A stretch of 64,000 nt of DNA from positions 14,103 through 78,102 of the forward strand of contig JAXLZM010000002.1 of the NCBI GenBank assembly GCA_046350855.1, read 5' to 3'. This DNA comes from Candidatus Anderseniibacteriota bacterium. GTDB lineage: Bacteria > Patescibacteriota > JAUYIX01. Below are positions 55,638-64,000 of this stretch, one piece after another. The notes under the pieces are model-generated. The model made no database searches, had not been told where the DNA came from, and saw only the letters and a program-made list of their open reading frames with translations. The first letter of the stretch is position 1, and every line of letters starts with the position of its first letter. A program made the translations under genes and the position numbers.

Positions 55638-56519
55638 ATGAGACTTACACGGCCACAACACCTAGAGATGATGGTTGGGGCAGAACCCTTTACCTACGCT
55701 GGCAGTAGCGGTGTGGCTTGTTTGTTGCTGCATGGCTTTACCAGCACGCCGCAAACCTTGCGCGAGCTGGCGTTGCTGTTGCAACGGCGTGGGATTACCA
55801 CTCGGGCGCCGCTTTTGCCGGGGCACGGCACACACGTGACCGATCTCAATGCGCGCACGTGGGAGGAACTAGAAGCCTATGCCGAGCGTGAACTCTTGCA
55901 GCTCTGTCAAACACATCAAAAAATTATTTTAGTCGGCGAGTCTTCCGGTGGAACCATTGCGCTACGACTGGCGGTTAAGCACCCCGACAAAATCGCGGCC
56001 GTCGTCTCGGTAGGCGGGGCCTTGGTGTTTCCGTTTGATACGGTCATGCGCACGATTTTGCCGGTCTACAAACACATCAGCCCCATGCAACGTAAGGTGC
56101 GGGTGGCGGATGTGTGCGACAAGCGAGCTTTACGGGAGCGGGTAGCCTATCGATTTATTCCGATGCACATGTTCCATCGCTTGTTGCGGTACTCGCAGCT
56201 TGCTATCCAGGATTTACCAGAGCTCCAAGCACCGCTCCTCATTTTGCATGCCCGCCAAGACCACTCCGTCTCACCCCGTAGTGCTGAGTTGATGCGTAAG
56301 CGTGCAGGTTCACGCTACAAAAAAATTATTTGGTATCCGCGCAGCTTCCACAATTTGCTAATCGACCTAGAAAAGCAGCGGGTCTTTAAAGATATCGAAC
56401 GTTTTGTGCGACGCATTGCTCGTAGTCGCCGCGTGGTAACGATCCTGCCGGAGTCACTTGGCCAAGCCAGTCGACCGGCTAGTACGCTTAAAGTCAGCAA
56501 GGACTTTGTCATACAGTAA
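55638..56519 (+). CDS. Alpha/beta hydrolase (carboxylesterase-like), 293 aa.
   Basis: LLLHGFTSTP and GESSGG nucleophile elbow. Confidence 0.75.
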   Translation: MRLTRPQHLEMMVGAEPFTYAGSSGVACLLLHGFTSTPQTLRELALLLQRRGITTRAPLLPGHGTHVTDLNARTWEELEAYAERELLQLCQTHQKIILVGESSGGTIALRLAVKHPDKIAAVVSVGGALVFPFDTVMRTILPVYKHISPMQRKVRVADVCDKRALRERVAYRFIPMHMFHRLLRYSQLAIQDLPELQAPLLILHARQDHSVSPRSAELMRKRAGSRYKKIIWYPRSFHNLLIDLEKQRVFKDIERFVRRIARSRRVVTILPESLGQASRPASTLKVSKDFVIQ

Positions 56520-57665
56520 GGCCTGGGCGACAGCCATCTTGTCGCCGGTGTACTGCGCTGCAACGTCTTGTCCCTGCTGACCAAGCCGTTGTCCGAGTGA
56601 GACATCTTGTGCCACTCGAATCACTCCCGCCGCAAAATCGGCCGCCGTATTTTCCGTCAACACACCGGAGTGATCGTGTTGGACAAAATCGATCGTCCCC
56701 GGTCCGCGAGTCGCCACCACTGGTAGTCCAGCCGAGAGGGCCTCAAGGGTAATAATGCCCTGGGTCTCCGAGACGGAGGGGTAGACAAACAGATCGGCAG
56801 AACCGTACCAGTCGGCTAGTTCGGTATTGCGGATTGGTCCGATAAAACGCACACGCTCAGCCAGCCCGTGCATCTTTGTAATCTGTTTGAGGCGTGCCAA
56901 GTCTGGACCACCACCAACCAGGACCAATTGCGCGGTTGGTACGACCGCGCAGATCTTAGGTAGCGCGGTGATGAGCAGCAATAAGTTTTTATCCTGGATC
57001 GAAATCCGTGAGACACACAGTAAGAGTGGCTTGGTACTGGGTAAACCGGTTTTTTTACGGAGCACCTCTTTAGTTGCGCTACTCGCAAAGGAGCGGCGCA
57101 AGCCTGTCGGAATCACTGTGATTGGTCGGGTAATGCCGTGTTCTTGCATAAACCGCTTAGTCGAGGCGGAGGGCGCGATCAGCGCGTCGCACGAATTTGC
57201 AAAACGGGTGACCGAGCGCAAGACGCGCCGGGTTGCGACGGCCCGTGGCAGCAGCGGTACATAATGTGCGTACAAGTCGTAACGGGCATGGTGGGTAAAG
57301 ACCAGGGGTACTCCGAGCCGCCGCGCAACCCGGCGCGCAAAGCGTCCCACGGTAAAAGGCTGCATGGTATGCACGACCTGCACGCCGGCCTGCCGCAAGC
57401 GCCGCAGCAGCCTGGGGGTCATCACAAAGAGCCCGATCGGGTACTCCGGGTACAGCGGGTTGGGCACGGCCGGCACTCTAATCACATCCGGATCCGTGGC
57501 CGTGGGGTCTTGGGTCGCAACTGCTGCGCGGGCCCGACGATAGCGCGGGGTCAGCACGAGTACGCGATGGCCCATTTTTTGTAGGGCCGTTCTAAAATGT
57601 TCTGCCGAAATCGCCACACCACTGATGGCGGGGGGATAGGCGTTAGCCACAAACAAGATGGTCAC
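56454..57665 (-). CDS. Glycosyltransferase family 4 (GT-B fold), 403 aa.
   Basis: C-terminal GT1/GT4 signature (…FVYPSVSETQGIITLEALSAGLPVVAT…). Confidence 0.8.
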   Translation of the reverse strand: MTILFVANAYPPAISGVAISAEHFRTALQKMGHRVLVLTPRYRRARAAVATQDPTATDPDVIRVPAVPNPLYPEYPIGLFVMTPRLLRRLRQAGVQVVHTMQPFTVGRFARRVARRLGVPLVFTHHARYDLYAHYVPLLPRAVATRRVLRSVTRFANSCDALIAPSASTKRFMQEHGITRPITVIPTGLRRSFASSATKEVLRKKTGLPSTKPLLLCVSRISIQDKNLLLLITALPKICAVVPTAQLVLVGGGPDLARLKQITKMHGLAERVRFIGPIRNTELADWYGSADLFVYPSVSETQGIITLEALSAGLPVVATRGPGTIDFVQHDHSGVLTENTAADFAAGVIRVAQDVSLGQRLGQQGQDVAAQYTGDKMAVAQALLYDKVLADFKRTSRSTGLAK

Positions 57666-57804
57666 GCCGGTAGCCTAGTCGATCGCCCTGCTCTTAGCCA
57701 GTCAGCCCTGAGTTATCCCAAAAAAAGTGGACAAAGCTGTGGAATCAGCATGGATAAGTTGTGCAATCCACGCTCCTTGACTAAACAAAAACCACACAAG
57801 GCGT

Positions 57805-57813
57805 TGCTATACT
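57805..57813 (+). promoter_or_regulatory. Extended -10 promoter element TGcTATACT upstream of a non-coding stretch.
   Basis: Same motif as at 11160 and 16840. No ORF follows on the plus strand. Confidence 0.4.
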
Positions 57814-57819
57814 AGTCGT

Positions 57820-58025
57820 GCGATCAAGCGGTCCTTTAGGCAAACGAGCCATAGGTAGCTACTGAACGTCTCAAACGGTGAGGTCTGGGAAGTGCTTCGC
57901 GGTTTGAGCAGGGCTACAGCGGGCCGCTCTCGCTAACAAAATAAGAGCTCTAGTTCGTCTCTTGATTCCCGGAAGGTCACTGGCGCCAAAGCGCACCAGG
58001 GCTTTTCGGTTTTGCGAGATACAAA
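57820..58025 (+). ncRNA. Candidate small RNA (~200 nt) with a long imperfect hairpin capped by a GGGA (GNRA) tetraloop. SRP-RNA-like features are weak and the identity is open.
   Basis: ctcaaac-ggt-gagg-t-ct-GGGA-ag-tg-cttc-gcg-gtttgag (57877..57922). The 5' strand aGGTgAGGTCtGGgA resembles SRP domain IV aGGUcAGGUCcGGaA. Bounded downstream by the minus-strand terminator. Confidence 0.25.
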
Positions 58026-58026
58026 A

Positions 58027-58062
58027 AAGAGGGCCCACGGAGATGCTCCGCGGGCCACGATC
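58027..58062 (-). terminator. Intrinsic terminator of the minus-strand gene 58064..58435.
   Basis: Hairpin ggcccacggag-atg-ctccgcgggcc, preceded on the plus strand by aaaaaag (T-run on minus). Confidence 0.6.
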
Positions 58063-58063
58063 G

Positions 58064-58435
58064 TTAGCCAACCTGGAGAGGTTCTAACAGAGTGTTTTTG
58101 ATAATGCGCTCGAGCGCGGTCGCGACCAGCTCCTCCGGAAAACGCAGGAGCGAGTCTTGGTCGAGCGTGCACACCCACGTCTTGTGGATGCACTCGTAGG
58201 TAAAGAGCTTGCCTGACCGTGTGATGAACAGAAATCGACCATCCTCCTCGCAGATTCGGTGACCGTACCAGTACTGGAAATTCCAATCCTCGGCCTCTTT
58301 TGCGAGATCCTGCACAAACGGCTTCCAAGTCGCCTTGTCCGCGTACTGGTGGACTTGGAGTGGGGGCAACTGAGCGGCCAGACCTTGTACTTGGGTGAGT
58401 AGCCGTTCCAGCCTGGGTGAGAGTGGTGTACGCAT
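58064..58435 (-). CDS. Hypothetical protein (123 aa).
   Basis: ORF with a terminator directly downstream. No family recognised. Confidence 0.45.
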   Translation of the reverse strand: MRTPLSPRLERLLTQVQGLAAQLPPLQVHQYADKATWKPFVQDLAKEAEDWNFQYWYGHRICEEDGRFLFITRSGKLFTYECIHKTWVCTLDQDSLLRFPEELVATALERIIKNTLLEPLQVG

Positions 58436-58762
58436 CTAACCTCCTTTAAAAAAACGAACACTTCCGGCTTGGCCGGTCGCCCTTTGGTACCGATTTGGAG
58501 CAAACCTGTCAAGCGAGACAAAGCCCTGTGGCTGCGCTTTAGGTGGGCAAACGCGGCATATTGACAAAAGGTCCCAAGTAGTGTAAAGTCGTCCAGTTGA
58601 GCATCTTTGGGAAGTGGATGCTCAATAACTGGGTGGCTTTTGAGTGCCCTCACGGGTGCTCCCCGCCCATAGGAAAGCCGAGGCCTTGTGCCGCGGCTTT
58701 TCTCTTTATCTAGAAAAATTCTGGCCGAACCCACCGTAAAAAGTGTTACGATTTGGCGACAG

Positions 58763-60091
58763 ATGCAAAAACTTCCACCGCAACTGCTCAAGGGCTTTAG
58801 GGATTACCTGCCCCCCGACGCCTTACCCCTCCACGAACTCATCCAACGGATCGAGCGGGTTTTTAGATTGTATGGCTTTGCCCCACTCCTAACACCGGTA
58901 CTCGAGTACGCGGCTTTGCTGACAGGTAAGTACGGACCCGAAGCCGACAAACTCATGTACACCTTTGTTGATCACGGTGGCCGAACGGTGGCCATGCGCT
59001 ACGACCACACCGTACCGCTGGCCCGTGTGATCGCTACCAACCAAAATCTTCCGCTGCCACTCAAGCGCTACACCATCGCTCCCGTCTGGCGAGCCGATAA
59101 ACCCCAGCGCGGACGGCTACGCGAGTTCTACCAGTGTGACGTCGATATCGTGGGCTCGGACCAAACCCGCGCGGATGCTGAGATCATTGCTGTGGCGCAC
59201 GCACTCTTTGTGGCGCTTGGGATTAAAGAGTTCAGCCTCCGGATTAACCATCGTCGTTTGATTAGTGCCGTGGTTGAACAAGTTGACGGTGTTAGTAAGA
59301 CGCAAGTGCCGGCCGTCATCCGTGTGATCGATCGTTTGCCCAAGATGGGTGAGTCCGCCGCGATCAAGTATCTGGCACAACAAGGCCTGACCGAATCCCA
59401 GGTGGAGCAGCTGCTTAAGCTCCTTGCTGCAAGCGGGTTGCACGGCCCGGCCGACAAAGCACTTGGTGCGTTACGTGGATTTCTTAAGCCCAACAAAGAC
59501 ACTGAGGCGGCGCTCAATGAGATGGACTCGATTGTACGACATGCCGTGGCGTTGGGAGTGCCAAAAGAGTCGCTCATGCTCGATCTCAACGTCGTCCGTG
59601 GTCTCGACTACTACACCGGGCTCGTGGTCGAGAGCGTTATCACCAACTTACCGTTATATGGCAGCGTCTTTGGTGGCGGTCGCTACGATGCCTTGATCGG
59701 CCAGATCGCCGGTAAAAAAGTGCCGGCGGTGGGGATTTCGTTGGGACTCGGGCGCCTTTTTGACGCTCTGTCGGAGCTCAAGCTCCTGCCACAGGTAGAA
59801 CCCGCCGCGCGAGTCGTTATCGCTCTGCTCGACGAGGGGGATTCAGCGGCTGCCCAAAAAGCCGCACAGGTGTTGCGTACCCACGACATCACGACCGAGG
59901 TCTACTTGGGTCGCCCCACTAAAATCGACAAGCAACTCAAATTTGCTGACAAACGTGGCGCGGCTTGGGTAGTTTGGCAAGGTGCCAAAGAAAAAAAGAA
60001 GCGGCTCTATGCCGCTAAACATCTGAGGACCCGTACCCAAGTCGAGCTACCCCTCGATCAGCTCGTCGAAAAAATCCAGCAACTCGCCTAG
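58763..60091 (+). CDS. hisS: Histidine--tRNA ligase (442 aa).
   Basis: N-terminus MQKLPPQLLKGFRDYLP. Class II motifs (…RYDHTVPLAR…, FGGGRYDAL). Start moved from the ORF-track 58688 to 58763. Confidence 0.88.
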   Translation: MQKLPPQLLKGFRDYLPPDALPLHELIQRIERVFRLYGFAPLLTPVLEYAALLTGKYGPEADKLMYTFVDHGGRTVAMRYDHTVPLARVIATNQNLPLPLKRYTIAPVWRADKPQRGRLREFYQCDVDIVGSDQTRADAEIIAVAHALFVALGIKEFSLRINHRRLISAVVEQVDGVSKTQVPAVIRVIDRLPKMGESAAIKYLAQQGLTESQVEQLLKLLAASGLHGPADKALGALRGFLKPNKDTEAALNEMDSIVRHAVALGVPKESLMLDLNVVRGLDYYTGLVVESVITNLPLYGSVFGGGRYDALIGQIAGKKVPAVGISLGLGRLFDALSELKLLPQVEPAARVVIALLDEGDSAAAQKAAQVLRTHDITTEVYLGRPTKIDKQLKFADKRGAAWVVWQGAKEKKKRLYAAKHLRTRTQVELPLDQLVEKIQQLA

Positions 60092-60111
60092 GGTAGTTAC
60101 CTCGAGCACCG

Positions 60112-61134
60112 CTACTGAACTGGAAACGGCACGTTAGGTTCGTAGGGGGTGGTTGTGTTACCGCCGTCCGTGTTGGGAGCAACTAAGTGCTCATCCGATG
60201 TTTGCGTGTCGATTGACTCGGTTGAGGGCTCGGTTTTTGTAGAAGTGGGTTGCAAGCGCTTGAGCAGCTCTTCAAAGGTTAGTGGAACGGCCTTGTCCAG
60301 GGGCTCGATCGTGAGGCGCTGGTCCAACTCGTGGATGGTCAGCTCAAGGGTGCCGGTTCTGCCAGCGACTTGGGTAAACTCTCCTCGCAGTTTTACCAGG
60401 GCACCGGTTTTGTTGCTGATCCAGAGCTCGATGGGCGCGCTCTCGATAGTTTGTACGACTGGGTGTTGCTGCGGACGACCGCTCAAGGTGGCGAGTTGCG
60501 CTAAGAGGCGGTTGATCGCGTCGGGATTAAGCTGGGCCCGGTAGTGCTGCGTGGGTTGTCCGTCAAGTGACTCGACTCCTAGGTCCGCGATATTGGTAAA
60601 GAGGTCCGGTGTCTCGCGCAGCACCTGTGCCAGGCTTGCCCGCTCAAGTGGTGAGAGACTCTGGTTTTTAGGGAGAAGGGCTTGGAGTTCGGTGAGCGGA
60701 AAGTAAAAGGCGGTGCCCATAAAAGCTGATAGGTCGAGCTCATGGGTGGTCGGGAGCTGATCGATGCGGACGTACCCAACTTGACCGAGGACACGGAGTT
60801 CTCCCTGTAGTTTTTGTCCGTGCTCGTCTTGGATGGTGATACTGGCAGAACCACTCGGCCCGGTTTTGCGGTTGTGTTGGTCGTAGGCTAGGTCGGCGTG
60901 GCCGGTGACGGCTAGGTAGGTTTTGCTAAAATGCGGCAAGCGTACCGGCAGGCGCTCGAACGAAAGATCAAGCGTAGCGTTAAACGAGTTGGCTTCTACA
61001 ATTTCCGCTAGACTATTGACCAGGGCTTGCTCGGGAGTGAGCCGAATACGCGTACAGGCGCTGATGGTCAGAGCGAGGAGTGGAAGCAGCACGAGGCTGA
61101 GGCTGTGCCGAATAGTGTTTGGGGTGGAGCTCAT
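60112..61134 (-). CDS. Hypothetical lipoprotein (340 aa).
   Basis: Lipobox LALTISAC. Downstream of rsmH with a 4-nt overlap. Confidence 0.55.
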   Translation of the reverse strand: MSSTPNTIRHSLSLVLLPLLALTISACTRIRLTPEQALVNSLAEIVEANSFNATLDLSFERLPVRLPHFSKTYLAVTGHADLAYDQHNRKTGPSGSASITIQDEHGQKLQGELRVLGQVGYVRIDQLPTTHELDLSAFMGTAFYFPLTELQALLPKNQSLSPLERASLAQVLRETPDLFTNIADLGVESLDGQPTQHYRAQLNPDAINRLLAQLATLSGRPQQHPVVQTIESAPIELWISNKTGALVKLRGEFTQVAGRTGTLELTIHELDQRLTIEPLDKAVPLTFEELLKRLQPTSTKTEPSTESIDTQTSDEHLVAPNTDGGNTTTPYEPNVPFPVQ

Positions 61135-62057
61135 AGTTTTTGGCAGGCGCGTAGCTTAGCACTGCGGGCTCGTGGATTGGTAGCACGCTCGTGTGGCGTG
61201 GGCGTGACCGGTTTTTTGGTAAGGATTTTGGCGAGCGGGTCATGACCACAGCGACAGACCGGTAACTCGGGTGGACAGATGCAGCCAGCCGCCCACTCTT
61301 TTAATTGTTTTTTGACGAGACCATCTTCGAGTGACTGAAAACTAATCACGACGAGGCGCCCTCCGGGTCGTAGGGTGGTGAGTGCGGCGTTGAGACCAGC
61401 TTGGAGTTGTTGGAGCTCATCGTTGACCGCCAGACGCAAGGCTAAGAAGGTTTTGGTGGCGACGTGGACGCCGCGTGCGCGCCCGCGCGGGGGTACAGCG
61501 GACTCGATGAGGTCAGCCAATTGATCAGTGCGCTGAATGGGCGACTCGGCGCGGGCGCGCACTACCGCCCGCGCGATCCGCGCGGCGGCACGCTCACCCA
61601 CTAGGTGTAGTTGTTCACGCAACCGCTCCTCACTCCACTCAGCGAGGAGCTCAGCTGCGGTCGGCCCCCGGCTCGGATCCATCCGCATGTCGAGCGGGGC
61701 CTGTCTCGTAAAACTAAATCCCCGAGTCGGCGAGAGGAGCTGTGTACTGGACACACCCGCATCGATCACAACGCCGTCGACTTGGACTCGTCGCTCTTTG
61801 ACTACCTGAGCGAGTTCAGAAAAACGGGCCTGCAGCAATTCCAGTCGGCCCGCCTTGAGTTCTGCCGCAAAAGTCTCTTTGCCCGCTGCGATGGCACTCG
61901 CATCACGGTCCAGTCCGAGTATCTTTCCGTTGGGGCCGAGTCTATCCAGCAGCACTTGAGTGTGACCACCCGCACCAAACGTCGCATCTACGATCGTCTG
62001 GCCGGGCTGCGGGGCCAAGTAGGTTAAGACTTCTTGAGGTAAGACGGGTGTGTGCAT
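61131..62057 (-). CDS. rsmH: 16S rRNA (cytosine1402-N4)-methyltransferase RsmH/MraW (308 aa).
   Basis: N-terminus HTPVLPQEVLTYL...DATFGAGGHT. Confidence 0.85.
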   Translation of the reverse strand: MHTPVLPQEVLTYLAPQPGQTIVDATFGAGGHTQVLLDRLGPNGKILGLDRDASAIAAGKETFAAELKAGRLELLQARFSELAQVVKERRVQVDGVVIDAGVSSTQLLSPTRGFSFTRQAPLDMRMDPSRGPTAAELLAEWSEERLREQLHLVGERAAARIARAVVRARAESPIQRTDQLADLIESAVPPRGRARGVHVATKTFLALRLAVNDELQQLQAGLNAALTTLRPGGRLVVISFQSLEDGLVKKQLKEWAAGCICPPELPVCRCGHDPLAKILTKKPVTPTPHERATNPRARSAKLRACQKL

Positions 62058-62761
62058 TAGTCTGTCACCTCTGTTACTGGATCAAACGAGACGTAGTGCG
62101 ACCCCACTGCGTATAGGTGTGAATCAACTTTGAGTGCCACCACCTTATTCACCACCGGCCCAACCAACTCCAACGCCGCCGCACTGGTCACCGGCACGGC
62201 CACCGTGATCGTCCGGGCACCTTGGCGTCGTAACACCTCGGCCGCCAAGCGCACCGTATAGCCCGTCGCCATGCCATCGTCCACCAAAATCACGTCGCGA
62301 TCTTTAATTACGGCGGGGTGACTCTGCGCTTGGCGCTGCCGTTTTAGTTCTGCCACCAGCCGCGCCCGCTCTTTCTCTATATAAGAGACGTCCGCGCCAA
62401 ATTCTTTGGCTGATTTTTCATCCACAAGTAATCCACCGTCCTCCGCTACGGCTCCAATGGCGAGTTCGTGAGAATCTGGCGGGGTCAGCTTTTTGACAAA
62501 GACGAGGCCAAGCTCCGCTCCCAAGGCCTGGACGAGGGGCTGCGCCACCGCCACTCCACCCCGCGGAATCGCTACAATCAGCGATTTTTTGAGCGCAGCC
62601 GGTACGCGTGCCAAAGCATCTGTGCTACCTGTACCGACAATTTTTTTGGTCAGGAGTCGACCCGCTTCAAACCGGTTGGCAAACCGCCCCGGAATCGTTA
62701 GTGGCATGATTTTTGCGACATCTGTCAAGTTCATCCAGACACTACCACATGTTAGACTCAT
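62057..62761 (-). CDS. Type I phosphoribosyltransferase domain protein (234 aa; the real start may be an internal Met).
   Basis: PRPP-binding motif VILVDDGMATG. Confidence 0.7.
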   Translation of the reverse strand: MSLTCGSVWMNLTDVAKIMPLTIPGRFANRFEAGRLLTKKIVGTGSTDALARVPAALKKSLIVAIPRGGVAVAQPLVQALGAELGLVFVKKLTPPDSHELAIGAVAEDGGLLVDEKSAKEFGADVSYIEKERARLVAELKRQRQAQSHPAVIKDRDVILVDDGMATGYTVRLAAEVLRRQGARTITVAVPVTSAAALELVGPVVNKVVALKVDSHLYAVGSHYVSFDPVTEVTD

Positions 62762-62817
62762 CGATCACCCGCAAAGCATTGGAGGGCGGGGCTTATCTGT
62801 AACCTACCCGAGGGGAG

Positions 62818-63531
62818 GTGAGAACCATTAGCAACAACAAGCCCAACAGCTCTAATCAGAGTGCGCCGAGCCAGATGAAGACCGACCAAGAGATCTTGGA
62901 GGAACTTAAGCAAGCCGGGGGTGGCGAACGTCGCCGCAGTTTTGGATTGACCGCTTTTATCGTATTGCTCGCGATTATTATCGGTGTGTTTACGTATATG
63001 AACCGCAAGGATGAGAACAGCACGAACAACACGGCCAACACCAACAATACCGTCGCGACCAACAACAGTACCGAGAACACTGACAACAACGAGAGCATGA
63101 ATGAAACGAACGAGTCGAATGACAGCACCGAATCGAACGAGACGGCCAACACCCCTTCTGAGGAATCAAATCAAACTATCGCTACGCCATCTAACGGCGA
63201 AGCGTTTGGAGAGGAATCAAATGCGCAAAGCACACACTCTGAGACGGCCTATACCGAGACGACACAAGCGGGGGAAGGTGTAACCCACTTAGCTCGTCGC
63301 GCGTTGCACGGCTATCTGCATGAGAAAGGCATTAGTGATCTCACGGCCGAACACAAAGTGTTCGTCGAGGATTACTTGGCCAAAAATGCAGGATACGCGG
63401 CCCTTGAGATCGGCAATACTCGTACGTTTGAGACGTCGACTCTTGATCAAGCCATCGCAGCAGCTCGTGCTTTAACGCCGAGTCAGTTACAAAATCTTGA
63501 ACAGTATTCAGCGCAGGTACCCGGATTATAA
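62818..63531 (+). CDS. Hypothetical membrane-anchored protein with an Asn/Thr/Glu/Ser-rich low-complexity region (237 aa).
   Basis: TM helix FGLTAFIVLLAIIIGVF followed by NSTNNTANTNNTVATNNSTENTDNNESMNETNESNDSTESNETANTPSEESNQ. Confidence 0.5.
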   Translation: MRTISNNKPNSSNQSAPSQMKTDQEILEELKQAGGGERRRSFGLTAFIVLLAIIIGVFTYMNRKDENSTNNTANTNNTVATNNSTENTDNNESMNETNESNDSTESNETANTPSEESNQTIATPSNGEAFGEESNAQSTHSETAYTETTQAGEGVTHLARRALHGYLHEKGISDLTAEHKVFVEDYLAKNAGYAALEIGNTRTFETSTLDQAIAAARALTPSQLQNLEQYSAQVPGL

Positions 63532-63582
63532 TTCGTGCGTCGATCGACGTTCGTTGAATCGTTTAAGAATCAAAAGCGCCCG

Positions 63583-63602
63583 GCACGTCCGGGCGTTTTT
63601 GT
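63583..63602. terminator. Bidirectional intrinsic terminator between convergent genes.
   Basis: gcgcccggcacgtccgggcg hairpin flanked by A-run and T-run. Confidence 0.55.
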
Positions 63603-63613
63603 AGTTGGGCGAA

Positions 63614-64000
63614 TTATTTTCGTTTCTTTACTTCAAGGGCGGCGATTCTGCCCTCGTGTCGGGCATGGGCATGCTTGTGCGCTGCGTGTTCGGTGTCGTA
63701 TGTTTTTATTTTTCCTACTACCAGGTTATCCAAGTGCGTTAACGTCTTGTCGACTTTTTCCTCGGTGCGTTCACTGGTAGCTCGCATTTCTGACATGTCG
63801 ACTTGGAGTACCGTCAATCGAATACTATCCTCTTTTTGCTCCTTTTCAATTTTTTTGACCGTTGTTTTCAAGCTTGTAACGTCGCGTTTTACGACTTTCA
63901 TGTCCTGCTTGAGCCCGCTTACATCAATTTTTAAAGTTCCTACATCTTGCTTGAGAACTCCAACATCCTTAGTTAGTTTCGCAAATTGCGTGCCTTGAAC
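63614..64000 (-). CDS. Coiled-coil repeat protein, 5' end beyond the window (partial).
   Basis: The frame stays open upstream of the annotated Met to the window edge. Heptad-like repeats (…DVGVLKQDVGTLKIDVSGLKQDMKVVKRDVTSLKTTVKKIE…). Confidence 0.5.
   Translation of the reverse strand, partial: VQGTQFAKLTKDVGVLKQDVGTLKIDVSGLKQDMKVVKRDVTSLKTTVKKIEKEQKEDSIRLTVLQVDMSEMRATSERTEEKVDKTLTHLDNLVVGKIKTYDTEHAAHKHAHARHEGRIAALEVKKRK

Noticed and set aside
57820-58062. tmRNA or RNase P RNA in the non-coding stretch upstream of the 58064..58435 gene.
   Set aside because: No tRNA-like 3' end (GGTTCGAnTCC...CCA) and no resume-codon or tag-reading-frame structure for tmRNA. No RNase P P4 motifs (gaaagtccggg / acagaacccgg). 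Only the weaker SRP-like hairpin remains as a possibility.

Overview
This 64-kb window is a gene-dense bacterial chromosomal segment of about 58% GC that includes the replication origin. The lineage is probably an uncultivated monoderm or CPR-like bacterium; the evidence is rRNA introns carrying a homing endonuclease, an unlinked 5S gene, VirB2-like pilin paralogs and many hypothetical secreted or membrane proteins. The origin region has the classic rpmH-rnpA-yidD-yidC-jag / dnaA-dnaN-recF-DUF721 layout.

It opens inside a 23S rRNA gene interrupted by two group I introns at E. coli positions U1931 and U1951. These are separated by a 20-nt mini-exon, and the second intron encodes a single-motif LAGLIDADG homing endonuclease. 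A 5S rRNA lies about 6 kb further downstream, and two tRNAs are present (Ser-CGA, Leu-UAG).

Housekeeping genes include glnII, gdh, lexA, a class A PBP, darA, yebC, ruvC, ruvB, clpC (with a CIRCE operator), hsp20, prsW, cca, hisS and rsmH.

Five loci stand out:
- A compact retron-like reverse transcriptase with a non-canonical YADN active-site motif and a strong SD. It follows a ~370-nt non-coding leader and precedes an intrinsic terminator, an RmlC-type cupin gene, a TTGACA-17-TAGGAT promoter and two tiny ORFs. This is a candidate RT/ncRNA system.
- A secreted PKD + multi-TM protein paired with a RimK-type ATP-grasp ligase that is fused to a retropepsin-like (D-T-G-A) domain. The pair sits immediately after yebC-ruvC.
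- Three tandem VirB2/T4SS-pilin-like paralogs next to a polytopic membrane protein.
- A translationally coupled operon ending in an FAD oxidoreductase / transmembrane / Rieske fusion plus a solute-binding lipoprotein.
- A Cfa-like methyltransferase plus FAD oxidoreductase pair resembling the BfaB/BfaA 10-methyl fatty acid cassette.

Smaller regulatory observations: a recurring extended -10 element (TGcTATACT) occurs three times, once giving an apparently leaderless gene and once preceding a ~200-nt non-coding stretch that may be a small RNA.
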